From the NCBI GenBank assembly GCA_951406725.2, contig OX597833.1, positions 38,750,001-38,814,000 of the forward strand: a stretch of 64,000 nt of DNA, in the 5' to 3' direction. Shown piece by piece: positions 51,729 through 64,000 of this stretch. Each line of letters opens with the position of its first letter. Positions within the stretch are counted from its first letter, which is position 1. The stretch comes from Octopus vulgaris (Eukaryota). Under the pieces are notes generated by a model. It did no database searches, was not told where the DNA came from, and was given only the letters and a program-made list of their open reading frames with translations. The translations under genes were made by a program, and so were the position numbers.

Positions 51729-52607
51729 TTAAATTTAAATGTTGAAGTGAATCTAACAGTTATTGTATGTTTCTTAAATGGCTGATAAACCCCTTCCACG
51801 CTGCATATATATATATATAATGTTTGTATATTGCATCTATCATACATGTATGGTTAAGAAGTTTGCAACTAAAGTCCAGACAGATCACGGCTTTGGGAGT
51901 GGAATTGATAGATGGAAACTGAAAGATGACTACCATACATACACGCTTATGTGTACATGAGTGTGTGTGTGTATGTGTGTGTTTATATCGCCTAATCTTG
52001 ATATTGCACAATAATTGTGAATGAGTGTCACTGTCATGCAAACTCTCCTTCATGTTCCAATCTTCCTCAAAGAATGTCTAGCCACAGGGAAAATTATCTT
52101 GCTTCAAAACAGGTGCAGGTTGGTGACAGGAGGGGCATATGGTTGTATAAGTTTTCGTCAGTGAGTTCCCTCTGACCCATGCAAGCATGGAAAAGTGAAT
52201 ATTACAGTGATCATGAGACATACATGCATACACACATATATACACATACATACCTTATCTATCTATACATACACGCATATGTATATATATACCTGTACAT
52301 AAAAATATATGCAAACACACACATACATACATCAATTTCTAACTCCCAGGACTTATATTAAACACAATGTCCAGTTCTTTTTGCCAGACTGTTGGTTTCA
52401 GTACATGTTTTCTGCAGTCACACACACACACAAACAGTTTAAGCACATCATTAGCAGTATCAGTCTCACTGACCTCTGAAAAGTGAAAAGTATATCAGTT
52501 ATGAAGTTATGGGACAAAAACAAGTACTGCACAAAAATTCAGCAGAGACCTGGTCACATGCCCTGTGCAACAAATAACAACAATAGCCACTACGACCACC
52601 ACAACCA

Positions 52608-52921
52608 TCATTTAATGTCCACCTTTCCATGCAGGCATGGGTTGGACAGGGTTTATTGAAGAAAATTTTCCATGGCCGGATGCCCTTCCTGTTGCCAACC
52701 CTCACCTGCTCCCAAGCAAGGTAGTATTTCCTCATCGATAGACATGTTCTCGCAGAATATTGGAAATGAATAACACTGCTTGTACGACAGTGACACTCAT
52801 TTACAACTATCACATGATGTTGTGACTAGGGAACACAAACACACACACATCAAGCTTTTTTCAGTTTCCATCTTCCAAAATCCACTCATAAAGCTTTGGT
52901 CGGCCTGAGGCTATAGTAGAA
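52608..52921 (-). mobile_element. SINE with family B body and family D-like tail
   Basis: Minus strand ctactatagcctcaggccgaccaaagc...gggttggcaacaggaagggcatccggcc...aacccatgcctgcatggaaa; a similar plus-strand copy lies at 51845-52205. Confidence 0.75.
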
Positions 52922-53239
52922 GTTATACTATTCAAGGATGAATAGAATCAAGGTGTTTCAATGATAAGGACACCAGATCAGGGTTGAGAATTGCACATCC
53001 ATCTATCAACAACATATCTGTCGGAGATGAGGGTGTCAAAAAATATATTCATTATGAGCCTAATCTTAAATATTAAATTTTGGATTTAAATTTTTACTCA
53101 CCAGAAGAAAATGTTTTTTGTTTTTTTCATAATGTAAATGATTTGTTCAATAAAAATGCATCTAAAACAGCTGGAATGTAGTTCAACCCATTGATGTTCT
53201 TCCATATATATGTATATATACATATATATACACACACAC

Positions 53240-53293
<54 letters not shown>

Positions 53294-53452
53294 CAAAAAG
53301 GGACAACAAAAGATCCAGATAGACGATACAAAAAAACAAGGACGGGTCATTCAAAGCTTTTTATCCTCAGTCAAGAACCAATCATCCTTGCAATTTCGGC
53401 TGATTAATCTTGATTAATCTGATTATATATATATATATATATCTACATATGT

Positions 53453-53704
53453 GGAGGCGCAATGGCTCAGTAGTTAGATTACCAGACTGGGCATTGTGAG
53501 TGTTTATTGAGCAAAAACACCTAAAGTTCCACGAGGCTCCGGCAGGGGGGGGGGGCGATCGCCACAACTTTTTCTCACTTTTTCTTCTGTTGGCCTGCTC
53601 GCTTAGCCAGCTGGGTGACATCATTTGAAGGCTAAAACAATGCGGAGCGCATTGTGACCAGCAATGTGTAGCAACATCTGATAGCCTGGTCGGTGACGGT
53701 GATA
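53453..53704 (+). mobile_element. Family C SINE with internal deletions, in (TA)n
   Basis: Aligns to the 8979 and 44262 copies with two gaps. Confidence 0.9.
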
Positions 53705-53743
53705 ACTATGTATACACACACACACATATATATATATACATAC

Positions 53744-53790
<47 letters not shown>

Positions 53791-53851
53791 TAAAATGGTA
53801 AGATAACAAAAGAAAGAAAGAGACCTCAATATTATGTAAATAGAGGAAATT

Positions 53852-53942
53852 TATCTATAAAATAATATGTTACATTACTCGATAGTCAAGATAAAACTCA
53901 GAGTTTATCTTGACTATCGAGTAATGTAACATATCATTTTAT

Positions 53943-53947
<5 letters not shown>
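53852..53947. repeat. Near-perfect ~96-bp hairpin flanked by (TA)n
   Basis: tatctataaaataatatgttacattactcgatagtcaagataaaactc-a-gagtttatcttgactatcgagtaatgtaacatatcattttatagata. Confidence 0.95.
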
Positions 53948-53985
<38 letters not shown>

Positions 53986-54028
53986 ATATATATACATACA
54001 TATATATATATATATATATAAACATACG

Positions 54029-54083
<55 letters not shown>

Positions 54084-55548
54084 TATAAATACCTTTGTTT
54101 ACATTTCCAACTGCAGCTGATTCACCTATATTGTTATTGTTCTTACAAAAGGAATGAGTATTATAATGCTTGTTTCCAGACACCCTGAAACCCAACAATA
54201 TTAACCTTCATAAATGGTTCTGATAAAAAATAGTTGAGAATTCAACTGTCTTCTCTATAATAAGCTCAATGTAGCTCAATGAAACAACAAATCTAACTTT
54301 CTATCTAAATGAAAAAAAATGCATAACAGCAATGTTTTAGTGCCCAACCTTCAATTTTTACTAGTCATTCAACTCTATATGTAGCCTTTTATAAGAACAG
54401 CGATTGTTTCTTTTTCAAAGCATGTGGTTCACAAACAAGCTGAAGCATAAGATTGTGCACACCCAAAGACATACACACACACACACATACACAGAGGTAT
54501 ACTCACATATGCATACCTTGTGTTTGCATGTATACGTGAAACTAATCAGAAAGAAAAACAATAAACACAATATACACACATATCTACATACAGACACATT
54601 TAGAAATTTCAACTATATTTTCAGCTATCAATTTATTTACTTACAAAAAAAAAAAAAAAGAAAGAAATTTAGTTGACAAGAGAGATAACACCAAACACCC
54701 TACACTATCACCTGCCTTCCATACCCAGCTATGCTACCCATAAGTCTCCCTCACCGTCACCCACCATAAACAGTTATTATCTCAAGCCAATAACTGGCAC
54801 TGTTTTCAGTTACTTCCACAAACACCAGATTTCATCTTTCAGCACATTTCCATTCTGTTGCCCTTTTAGAATACTTTTTTTTTTTATCATATTGTTTCAT
54901 AATTTTACACACATACAATACACTATTTAAGTTGTATTCTGAAAGGTAGGGTGTTATCAGGGCCATAAATCATTAACACTCACATATTACTGCTGGGAGT
55001 GAGGAAGAAATGTAGATTCACTCTCTATCTTATCACCATTTCCTGGTCGCTAATGGTCTTAAACTGAAAATAATACAGAATTAAAAAATTTATCTATCAA
55101 CAGCCTTCACCTCTTCACACTGGTCTACTCTAAGCCTATGGATTCTCACTCATATCCGACCCCACCATCCTGCCCCCTTCCCCCCTTGCTTATGCAGCAA
55201 AGATCCTGACGTTTCTAAGAAGGAAATGCACTTTCTTCTTCATTTAGTTAGCTCCAAACAAATCAGTGACTTTGTCCTCTGTGAAATTCAATCGTGCCAC
55301 ACACACCCAATCTGCACATACCTCACCTACCCCGGGCACACACCTCACCTACCACTCTAATACTTTGCCCCTTCAATATACTCACTCTCACATCTAATCG
55401 TTAGTTCCTTTATCTCTAGGTACACTTACCCTAGTGCTTCCACATATTTCTAACGTTACCTTGCTTCATGTCCCTTCATCTCTCAAATAGCTATTCTACA
55501 AATCCAAAGTTCTTGTCAACATGATCAGCCACATTTATTGCACCTCTT

Positions 55549-55777
55549 TGGACCCTATAGTATTTAAACCAGCCATATCTGACCAAAATATGCTACCCAT
55601 TTTATGTTCAAACTGGTCATATCCAACCTTTCACACCTACCATACCAGATCGTTCTAAAAATAAACAATCACATCATCAAAATCTCAAAGCTATGAGATA
55701 ATGCATGATTAACTCAAAAACAATGTGAATAAATAAGCATTACATTTGACAGAGTAATCTGAATGATAAATGATTAA
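55549..55777. mobile_element. TTAA MITE, family 1
   Basis: Homologous to 2229-2456; left end decayed. Confidence 0.75.
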
Positions 55778-56007
55778 TATATACTGCATAACTTCCAAAC
55801 ACAGTGATGCATTATATTTAGGTGAAATGTGTCACCATTTGGGAGACACATTCTGTAAGTACTTGCTGGGTATTTATAACAGCACTTAAGGAATCCTCAG
55901 ACCCATACATCAACACTTTAAATCAACTGAACACCAACCAGTTCGTCATGTGCTGCAATACTCTCATTCTGAAAAGAACATGCAAAGATAAGGAGCAATG
56001 TCTTATC

Positions 56008-56120
56008 ATTGATGACAAAATCCAGCATCATCTCAAAAGCACCTGGTACTGCTTTGGCTGTCTCCAAATGAGCATTTCAGGAAAAAGACATCTGAACTGA
56101 CACAAAAAAGATGGTGTACA
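56008..56120 (+). mobile_element. Short RTE-like LINE ORF fragment
   Basis: IDDKIQHHLKS..(C)FGCL../FQEKDI*TDTKKMVY resembles RTE IDDEIxxRIxxAxxAFGRL..VF..RDI...TKL.VY. Confidence 0.6.
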
Positions 56121-56121
56121 T

Positions 56122-56469
56122 ATGCCAGCACTGCCTCGACTGGCTTCCGTGTCGGTGGCACGTAAAAAGCACCATCCGAATCGTGGCCGAAGCCAGTGCC
56201 GCCTCGACTGGCTTCCGTGCAGGTGGCACGTAAAATGCATCAATCCGACTGTGGCCGATGCCAGCCTCGCCTGGCACCAGTGCAGGTGGCACGTAAAAAG
56301 CACCCACTACACTCACGGAGTGGTTGGCGTTAGGAAGGGCATCCAGCTGTAGAAACATTGCCAGATAAGACCGGAGCCTGGTGCAGCCTTCTGGCTTCCC
56401 AGATCCCTGGTCGAACCATCCAACCCATGCTAGCATGGAGAACGGATGTTAAACGATGATGATGATGAT
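56122..56469 (+). mobile_element. Family D SINE 3' half with internal tandem units
   Basis: Three ggtggcacgtaaaa(a/t)gca units, then the tail ending in (gat)n. Confidence 0.9.
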
Positions 56470-56867
56470 GCATGTATGTATGCTATGTTTGTATACAAGT
56501 ATGTGTATGTACTTAAGTAAATAAGTGTCTGTGTATGTAAGTATGTGTTTTGGGATGTGTATGTGAACATGTTTATGCGTATAAGCAGATGGTCGTAAAC
56601 ATCTATTAGTGTATACGTATGCATTTATGTATGTGCTGTGAGTGTATCAATGTATGTGTATGTTTGCATGCAAGGAGACAATAACATGGGTGCACGCACA
56701 CAGGACAGGCTTCTTTCAGATCCAATCGAGAAAACCCACTCATAAGGCTTTGATAGAAGACACTTGCCCAGGGAGACATGGAGTGGGACTGAACCAGAAA
56801 GTCTGTAGTTTGGAAGCAAAAACCTGACCAGCTACACCTGTGTGCATGTGTGTGTTTGTGTGTGTGC

Positions 56868-57047
<180 letters not shown>

Positions 57048-57835
57048 TATATAGGTACAAAATTCTCTCATCTTACATTTATAACCTAATCACTAATACT
57101 TCACAGTACCACTTTGAAGTAGAATATTGTAGCTAGGTCACAGATGTATGATGAAAGACGAAAGACTGGTATTTAATAATATATATTACTATCACAAAAT
57201 AATAAATTACAAGTTAATAAAATTAGAGTATGTTTTTAATGGCGACAATGATTTTAACACAAACATGTGCAAGTGTGCGCATGCATTCAAGTACGCTACT
57301 TTCAATATTGAATCACCCCATCTGTAAATGTTGTCATACTTTAAATTTGTATTAGAATAATAACCTTAATTTAATACACACACACACACACACTAACATA
57401 CATAAATTTCATGTGTAATACATGGATTTAGAGAATCCTCTGACAGTTACAAACCAGCTCCTCTAGTGGACTTAGATAACACATAATAACCTATTACCCA
57501 GGAGTGTATGCAGCTGAAATCCAGTAGAAATTATTTCATGAGGAGTCTATAGAACATAAAGAAAGTCAGGAGGTGTGTGAGATAAATACATTTATTTCAC
57601 CAGTTGATATCCACAGGATAACAGCTGTTTCACAGCAGTTATACATATGTATATATATATAACTGACCAGTCAAAGGAATTCTCAGTTTGGTGTTTGGGG
57701 CGATTGCAGTCTCTATCAGAGTATATGTGCTTTCCACAACAACATTGGGGCATTTTAGCTCCTATTTCTAGCAATGTAGGTGGTATTAACATCCTTATTC
57801 AAGTTTAGCTGATGACTATATATATATATATAATC

Positions 57836-58042
57836 ATGTGACCAACCAGACTATCAGATGCTACTCATCACTGGTCACAATGCGCTTTGCATTGTTTTAA
57901 CCTTTAAATGATTCCACCAGGTTACTAAACCAACATTCCCCACTGATTGAAAAGGGGACTGGAGCAACATGCCATCTAACCAGGGAGTCGAACACATGAT
58001 CTAGTGACCGTAAGTGTAACAGCCTAACCACAAGGCCACGTG

Positions 58043-58044
<2 letters not shown>
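57836..58044 (-). mobile_element. Old family C-tailed SINE in (TA)n
   Basis: Minus strand GGCACGTGGCCTTGTGGTTAGG...GTTCGACTCCC head and taaaacaatgcaaagcgcattgtgaccag tail. Confidence 0.75.
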
Positions 58045-58101
<57 letters not shown>

Positions 58102-58279
58102 CACACACAAAAAAATTCCTGATGTCACATAATGTGTTTTATGTACATGCTTATTAAGTGTGGAATTTTGTCCAGGGAAAAATCTGTTTAAGATGTCAAG
58201 TGTTAAAAAACACTGGATACCTCAGAACCAGATGAGACAAATGAATGAGAGTGATGGGTATCAATATTTTGCATGTGAA

Positions 58280-58950
58280 GAAGCAGGAATGACTTTGTGA
58301 TTTAGAATTCTGCTTTGTGACCATGTGCTTCCAGATTCAGTTCTGCTGTGTTAAACATTGGATAAGTGTCTTCTACTATAACCCTAGGCTAAGCAGAACC
58401 TTGTGAGTGAATTTCATAGATGGTAGACGGAAATGAATGCTGTGCTTGAGAAGACCCGGGAAGCCAAGTGAGATCATAGCCATGTCTGATGCCAGTGTCA
58501 TATAACTAGCCAATTTGAAAGCACCTGCCAATCGTTGGGCAATATGCTGTGCTTGTGAGGGCCTGTTGAACCAAGAGAAATCATGCTCATGGCTGATGCC
58601 AGTACTGCCTGAACTGGCTCTCATGCTGGTGACATGTAAAAAGCACCATTCAAGCATGACCAATGCCAGTGATAGTGGCATGTAAAAAGCACCATTCAAG
58701 CATGACTAATGCCAGTGATGGTGGTATGTAAAAAGCACCATTCAAGCGTGGTTGATGCTAGTGCCAGTGGGACATAAAAAGCAACCACTACACTCTCAGA
58801 GTGGTTGGTGTTAGGAAGGGCATCCAGCTGTAGAAACTTTGCCAAATCAGATTGGAGCCTGATACAGCTTCCCGGTTTGCCAATTCTCAGTCAAAGTATC
58901 CAACCCATGTCAGCATAGAAAGTGGATGTTAAACAACTATGACGACGATA
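58280..58950 (+). mobile_element. Composite SINE: family B head, ~43-bp tandem units, family D tail
   Basis: ggataagtgtcttctactata...ggtagacggaaa, four atgtaaaaagcaccattcaagc-type units, then the ttaggaagggcatccagctg tail. Confidence 0.8.
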
Positions 58951-59726
58951 ATGATTATATACATGTATCTATATTTGCAAGTGGAAATGTGATATACATA
59001 TGCTGATATATCTGTGTGAAAGTTGCAAGTTGCATGCAGTAATATTATCAGTTCTCCAGTCAATAAATCAATCTTCAAGTGCCACACCATTAAGGACATG
59101 AAATGACATTGAAAAGTAGATTAAAATTAGTGACAGAAAGAACATCTGGCTGTAAAACAGAATCTTAAGAATATAGTTGTTTAACCTGTGCAAGCAGGGA
59201 AAAAATAGATGTAAGAACAAATGAAAATAGCAGGTGAAAAAATATCATTGGCGTTAATTTAGGACAAGAAAAGAATGGGAGATAACCCTGTAATTTAAAT
59301 AAAATAAAAACAGAATGCAGTGGAGAATGAGGTTGGTCTTTGGCAACATAGTGACAACTCTAGGCATGTTTCAACATATAAACCTCTTCAGCAAAGCTTA
59401 GTCTAAACAATACTGCCAGAATTTAGATGATTTTATCAATCACAACCTTATTTCAGGTTGATACTTTTCTTATTGATCTCTAATTATCAAACTACTAAGT
59501 TATAACACAAAGAGATAAAATGACATCAGCCTGGTATAAACACAGACAAACATATATAAGTATAATGTGCTTTTTGTGCAATTCCTAAGTACTGAAGTTC
59601 CACAAGCAAGACATAATTAATATATATATATACACACACATATACATGCAAAAGTATGTATATATGAATGAATGTAAATGTAAATTTGTGTGTGTATGTA
59701 TGTGTTTGTGTGTGTATGTATGTATT

Positions 59727-59770
<44 letters not shown>

Positions 59771-60327
59771 TCCGTGCATCTAGGTGTATAAAGAAACTGT
59801 ATAGGTGTGAGGAAGAGCATGTGCAGACACACAGACAGACATGCCTTCTAATAAAGAGAAACACAAGTGTTGTTATGGATTTAGATTTCATGTTTTGTTT
59901 TGTTGTGGATTTTTCTTAGTTTTATTTACACTCATCTTATTTGTTGTTGTTGTTGTTGTTGTTATTATTGTAATTGATTTCTATTTGAGGTACAGATAGA
60001 GAAAATTATAGTGCTGACTTAACACACGTTTATAAGTAAATTATATGATACTGCTTGGAATCTGTAAGCTTTAGTTCATACTATACACGCATATATGCAT
60101 ACATACACACATACATAGTGTTGCATTTGTTTCTATGAAGGATAGGAACAGGTGTGTGTGTGTAGAGGGTGTAGAAATCAAAGACATTACCTACTAATCA
60201 CATACAACGGACACTTTAGTATTCAGCACTAATAAGGTGTTGCACAAATAGTGCACACACATACACAAGACATACAGAGAGAAAGAGAAAAAGTGAGGTA
60301 GAGAGAGAAAGCAGGATTAAGAATATA

Positions 60328-60376
<49 letters not shown>

Positions 60377-60405
60377 ATGTATATATATATGTATATATAT
60401 ATGTT

Positions 60406-60440
<35 letters not shown>

Positions 60441-60861
60441 GTATATATATATATACAGAGAGAGAGAGGCAGTCAGACAAATAGACAAATAAATATATAA
60501 ATGGATAGATAGATAAACAGAAAGAAAGATAAATATATGGAGGAAAAGGCTTGTAAATGTGTATAGAGAGGAAAATGTGTAGGGAGAGTTGAGACAGGTG
60601 TGTCTGTGTGTGCAGGTAAAATCCATTTTGATCAACAGCCAGGGCAGGGGAAAAAAATGTCTTACCTAATCCATTATATTCAAGGATCTACTTTTTTTGT
60701 TCTTTGTTCTTTTTTTTCTTTGATTTGATGAAAATAACATGCTCTGATTACTTTTGGTAGTTTATGCGCTAACTGCTGTTGAAATTATAGACATACTAAT
60801 TACTACTAACATAATGCAAGTCTGGATGTGCTAATTAAGAATGTTAAGTTAAAAGTTCTTA

Positions 60862-61075
60862 TAGGCATGGCTGTGTGATAAGAAACTCTCTTCCCAGCCA
60901 CATGGTTCTGGGTTCAGTTCCACTGTGTGGTACCTTAAGCAAGTGTATTCTACTATACTATTGGACCAACCAAAGACTTATGAGTAGATTGGGTGGGTAG
61001 AAACTGAAAGAAGCCCATCATATGTGTGACTTTTGTCCCCACCATCATTTGACAATTGACAGAATAAGTACCAGG
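60862..61075 (+). mobile_element. Family B SINE, internally deleted
   Basis: taggcatggctgtgtg...gggttcagttcc...aagtgtattctactata...gaaactgaaagaagccc. Confidence 0.8.
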
Positions 61076-61176
61076 CTGCTTATGCACACAACAGACTCCA
61101 TACAATTTCACCACATAACATGCATGTATTGAGTACTTCTTTTGTATGGATAAATCTGAGAAAAAAAGAGTAGCCC

Positions 61177-61470
61177 TTAACCATTTTGTTGCCATATTTT
61201 TACCCTATTTCTGTTGAACTATGCTGCTTTTGTTTTAATTAATTTTGAAAACAATAAAGAATTTAGTAATATAATTTTATCATTGTCAATCTGGTATTTA
61301 CTCTTTTACTTGTTTCAGTCATTTGACTGCGGCTATGCTGGAGCACCACCTTTGTGGGAAAATAAATTAAAACGAAATTTTGATGGAAGGTTTTGACTTA
61401 GAACACTTTAAAACAGGAAGTTTGTGCCATAGAACTAGGGACAGTCTCAGGCAGGTTGGTATCAAAGGGC
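61177..61470. mobile_element. TTAA MITE, family 2, with an inserted family B tail fragment (~61297-61352, minus)
   Basis: Flanks align with 20172-20399; interior tactcttttacttgtttcagtcatttgactgcggctatgctggagcacc matches the family B tail. Confidence 0.75.
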
Positions 61471-62727
61471 TTTTTTCTGGATCTTTATGTCTGAAAGAAA
61501 GGAGAAATTTATCCTCAGATAGGGTAAATTTCTGATTGCTTGCCAACAGAGTGCATTAGGCAGTTGAGGGTCAGATGGTAGAGGCAACAAATGTCTAAAA
61601 AAAAATTATTTTAAACTTGTGGTATGATGGAACACATACAGAAGCACTAAATGCAGGAGAAGAAAAAAAATCTTTGAAACAAATTTGAAATAAAATAAAA
61701 AATTCATTTATTTTTAAATATAATAATAGGAGCAAATTGAAGTTGGATGCTGAAATATTGATGAAAGAAAAGAAAAAAAATCAAGAAAATATCTGCTGTT
61801 AAAATGTTTTTGAAACCAATATGGTATACATGCTATATAGATATTTAGCTATATGATTTTAAATATTGATTAAAATGGAGAATTATCAAAGAAGGAAGCT
61901 TTCAGCAAAGCAAATTTTTATTGGAATTTTCCTTTAAAATGTTCCAAATCTTCAGAAAATTTTGATTCAATCATTCAACAATGAACATTGAAAATATTTC
62001 TAGAATGCTCTAGAAGAATGAAAGAGTATGAGTATATAATATATATATATATACATACACACACGTGCATATCAAAACTGATAAATTAGCTGTGTTAAAT
62101 TGCAGTAACATCTTTTACAGCCATTGCATATAAGCTTAAGATGTTGCTGTATGGCAAAACAAATTCATCTTAGAACTATAAATGAGCAAAAAGAAAAAAA
62201 AATATTTTTGTTCAATAAAAGCTTTAAGAAAGTTTAGGAAAATCACTGAATGTATTAGAATATATATATATATATATATATAGTATTTTCAAAAGACAAT
62301 GTCTATTATATACAAAGACATGATCAGAAATATTTTTCTATCAGCAATTTATGAATTTGTGAAGTCCAACAGATATTTAGGTTATAATAACAAACCAGTG
62401 AAGAACTGGCAGTGTGATTTGTTAAAAATAGCAGCTAAATCTCACTCAAATCACACCCTGCTATCTTTGAAAAGGACAAAAAGAGAATGACAATATGAAA
62501 AGACAAGATGATCCACGGTTAGAATGCCTTTAAATCAGCTCAATTTGCAACAACAAAGAAAATAATAAAAAAGGATGAAGAACAGAATAGATCAGAAAAC
62601 AGCCAAATCTTTGACTTGTATATTGTGGATAGAAAAAATCTTTTTCATCACTGCATAAGGTCTGAAAGGGTTATAAAATAATGAGAAAAGACAATTTCAT
62701 GTAGAAATCTAATAGAAGTCTCAATAT

Positions 62728-63325
62728 TAGTTGGTCCATTGTTGTTGATGACCAAGGACATGGAAAAAGAAGATGAAGCATGGTGTGTCCAGCTGTGGCT
62801 AACCAATCTGATACATGATTGGAAGGCTTTGCCACAGGTTGGACACTGATGGTCTGCTGGGATTGAAGACAGGGAGTTGGCACTGGACTTGTGCAGTTCA
62901 TGTTTTCTTTGTGTCCCTGCAATCATGTTATGTTCATAGGAGGTGGTACTCCTGTGGATGAAGCTTTGTCAGGCAGGTCAGTCTTGCACTTGCATTTTCC
63001 TGGTGTCGGAGTTGAGCTCAAAGCTCTTCAGTGATGCTTTGACAGTATCCTTGAAGTGCTTTTCCTGTTCACCTTAAATGTGCTTGCCTTCAACCAGTTC
63101 ATTGTAAGACAGTCTCTTGGAGAGTTGCATGCCAGGCATTCAAACAAGGTAGCCTGCCCATCAGACTTACACTCTCCTTGGCAGTGTGTAAATGTTTTGT
63201 AGATCAACTCAAGAGAAGACTTCCATGTCTGGGACCTAGTCTTGTCAGGTGATATCCAACAGCTTTCCCAGGCAGTTCAGGTGGAAGTAGTTTAGCTTGG
63301 CATTCCAGAGTCATCCAAGTTTCTA
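62728..63325 (-). mobile_element. 5'-truncated RTE-clade LINE 3' end (degraded)
   Basis: Minus-strand motifs KLNYFHLNCLGKLLDI, WAGYLV*MP..LSKRLSYNELVEGK..GEQEKHFKDTVKASLKSF, and C-terminal CPTCGKAFQSCIRLVSHSWTH. Confidence 0.9.
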
Positions 63326-63400
63326 AAATGTCATGTATTTATCACATTCGATGAAGGATTTGTATTAGAAGAAAAGATACTGTAACTAGTAAATAGATTA

Positions 63401-63434
<34 letters not shown>

Positions 63435-63504
63435 TCAACATTTTAATTGAATTATTGATCACATTAGTTCAAAAGTAGTTTGAGAATAATAGTAAAAATT
63501 TGAT

Positions 63505-63688
63505 TGGCACGTAAAAAGCACCCACAACACTCTTGGACTGGTTGGTGTTAGGAAGGGCATCCAGCCATAGAAACCTTGCCAAATCAGATTGGAATCTGGT
63601 GCAGTCTCCTGGTTTACTAGTTTTCAGTCAAACCATCCAACCCATGCCAGCATGGAAAGCGGGCATTAAATGATGATGATGATGATGA
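63505..63688 (+). mobile_element. Family D SINE 3' part
   Basis: ggcacgtaaaaagcaccc...ttaggaagggcatccagcc...(gat)n. Confidence 0.9.
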
Positions 63689-63786
63689 ATTTAAGTTAAT
63701 GAACCCCACCATCCTGACAAAATAGATGAAGACTGGTAGTTACTAAAGACAAATGTTTCAGAATGATCATTCACATAGTAAGCCAT

Positions 63787-63920
63787 TTAACTTTCAACTT
63801 ACTCTGTCAAATGTAATGCTTATTTATTCATGCTGCTTTGTCTTAATCATGCATTATCTTGCAGCTCTATTTCAATGATGTGATTGTTTATTTTTAGAAT
63901 GATATTGAAGGGTATATATG
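63787..63920. mobile_element. Truncated TTAA MITE, family 1
   Basis: Aligns with 48349-48490. Confidence 0.7.
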
Positions 63921-63933
63921 TGACAAAGGACCA

Positions 63934-63982
63934 AGATTTCTGGTACCTTGCTATACTCAAGACAGCAAAGTACCAGAAATCT
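63934..63982. repeat. 19-bp-arm hairpin with an 11-nt loop
   Basis: agatttctggtaccttgct-atactcaagac-agcaaagtaccagaaatct (one mismatch, a G-U pair on the minus strand). Confidence 0.9.
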
Positions 63983-64000
63983 ACTCAGAAGTGTTAATAC

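Larger units (their letters stand above)
51529..51805. repeat. ~277-bp fold-back palindrome (inverted pLTR-like) flanked by (TA)n
   Basis: Left arm tgcagcatggaaggtgtttataagccatttaagaaac...gttcactgacaaaattc is the near reverse complement of gaattctgttagtgaac...gtttcttaaatggctgataaaccccttccacgctgca. Confidence 0.95.

Noticed and set aside
53330-53420. CTGAGGA and GAAA motifs on the minus strand as another hammerhead
   Set aside because: GAAA precedes CTGAGGA and I could not build the stems in this truncated copy.
58595-58790. CRISPR-like repeat-spacer pattern (also 56122-56305 and 19319-19485)
   Set aside because: The 'spacers' are homologous to one another, two of the arrays lie inside SINEs, the DNA is eukaryotic and no cas genes are present.

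Overview
AT-rich, repeat-dense eukaryotic DNA. The SINE, MITE and microsatellite content resembles an octopus (coleoid cephalopod) genome; this is inferred from my recollection of the repeat families, not from a search. No host protein-coding gene can be confidently identified, and nearly all track ORFs come from (TA)n/(CA)n arrays or SINEs. The window holds several tRNA-derived SINE families (my labels A-E, often nested, some with clear TSDs), TTAA-flanked piggyBac-type MITEs, a mariner deletion derivative, a Tc1/mariner transposase relic, one CR1/L2-like and two RTE-like LINE fragments, mini- and microsatellites, and a CpG-retaining domain (~29.7-43.1 kb) between CpG-depleted flanks. The most interesting signal is a set of small fold-back or SINE-like elements carrying minimal hammerhead-ribozyme motifs of the Penelope/retrozyme type. 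These include a ~277-bp palindrome whose two arms carry a compensatory G3-C8 core variant (GUGAACA) and a tRNA-headed SINE with a hammerhead-bearing tail. Repeat boundaries were read by eye and are approximate unless a TSD or TIR is quoted.
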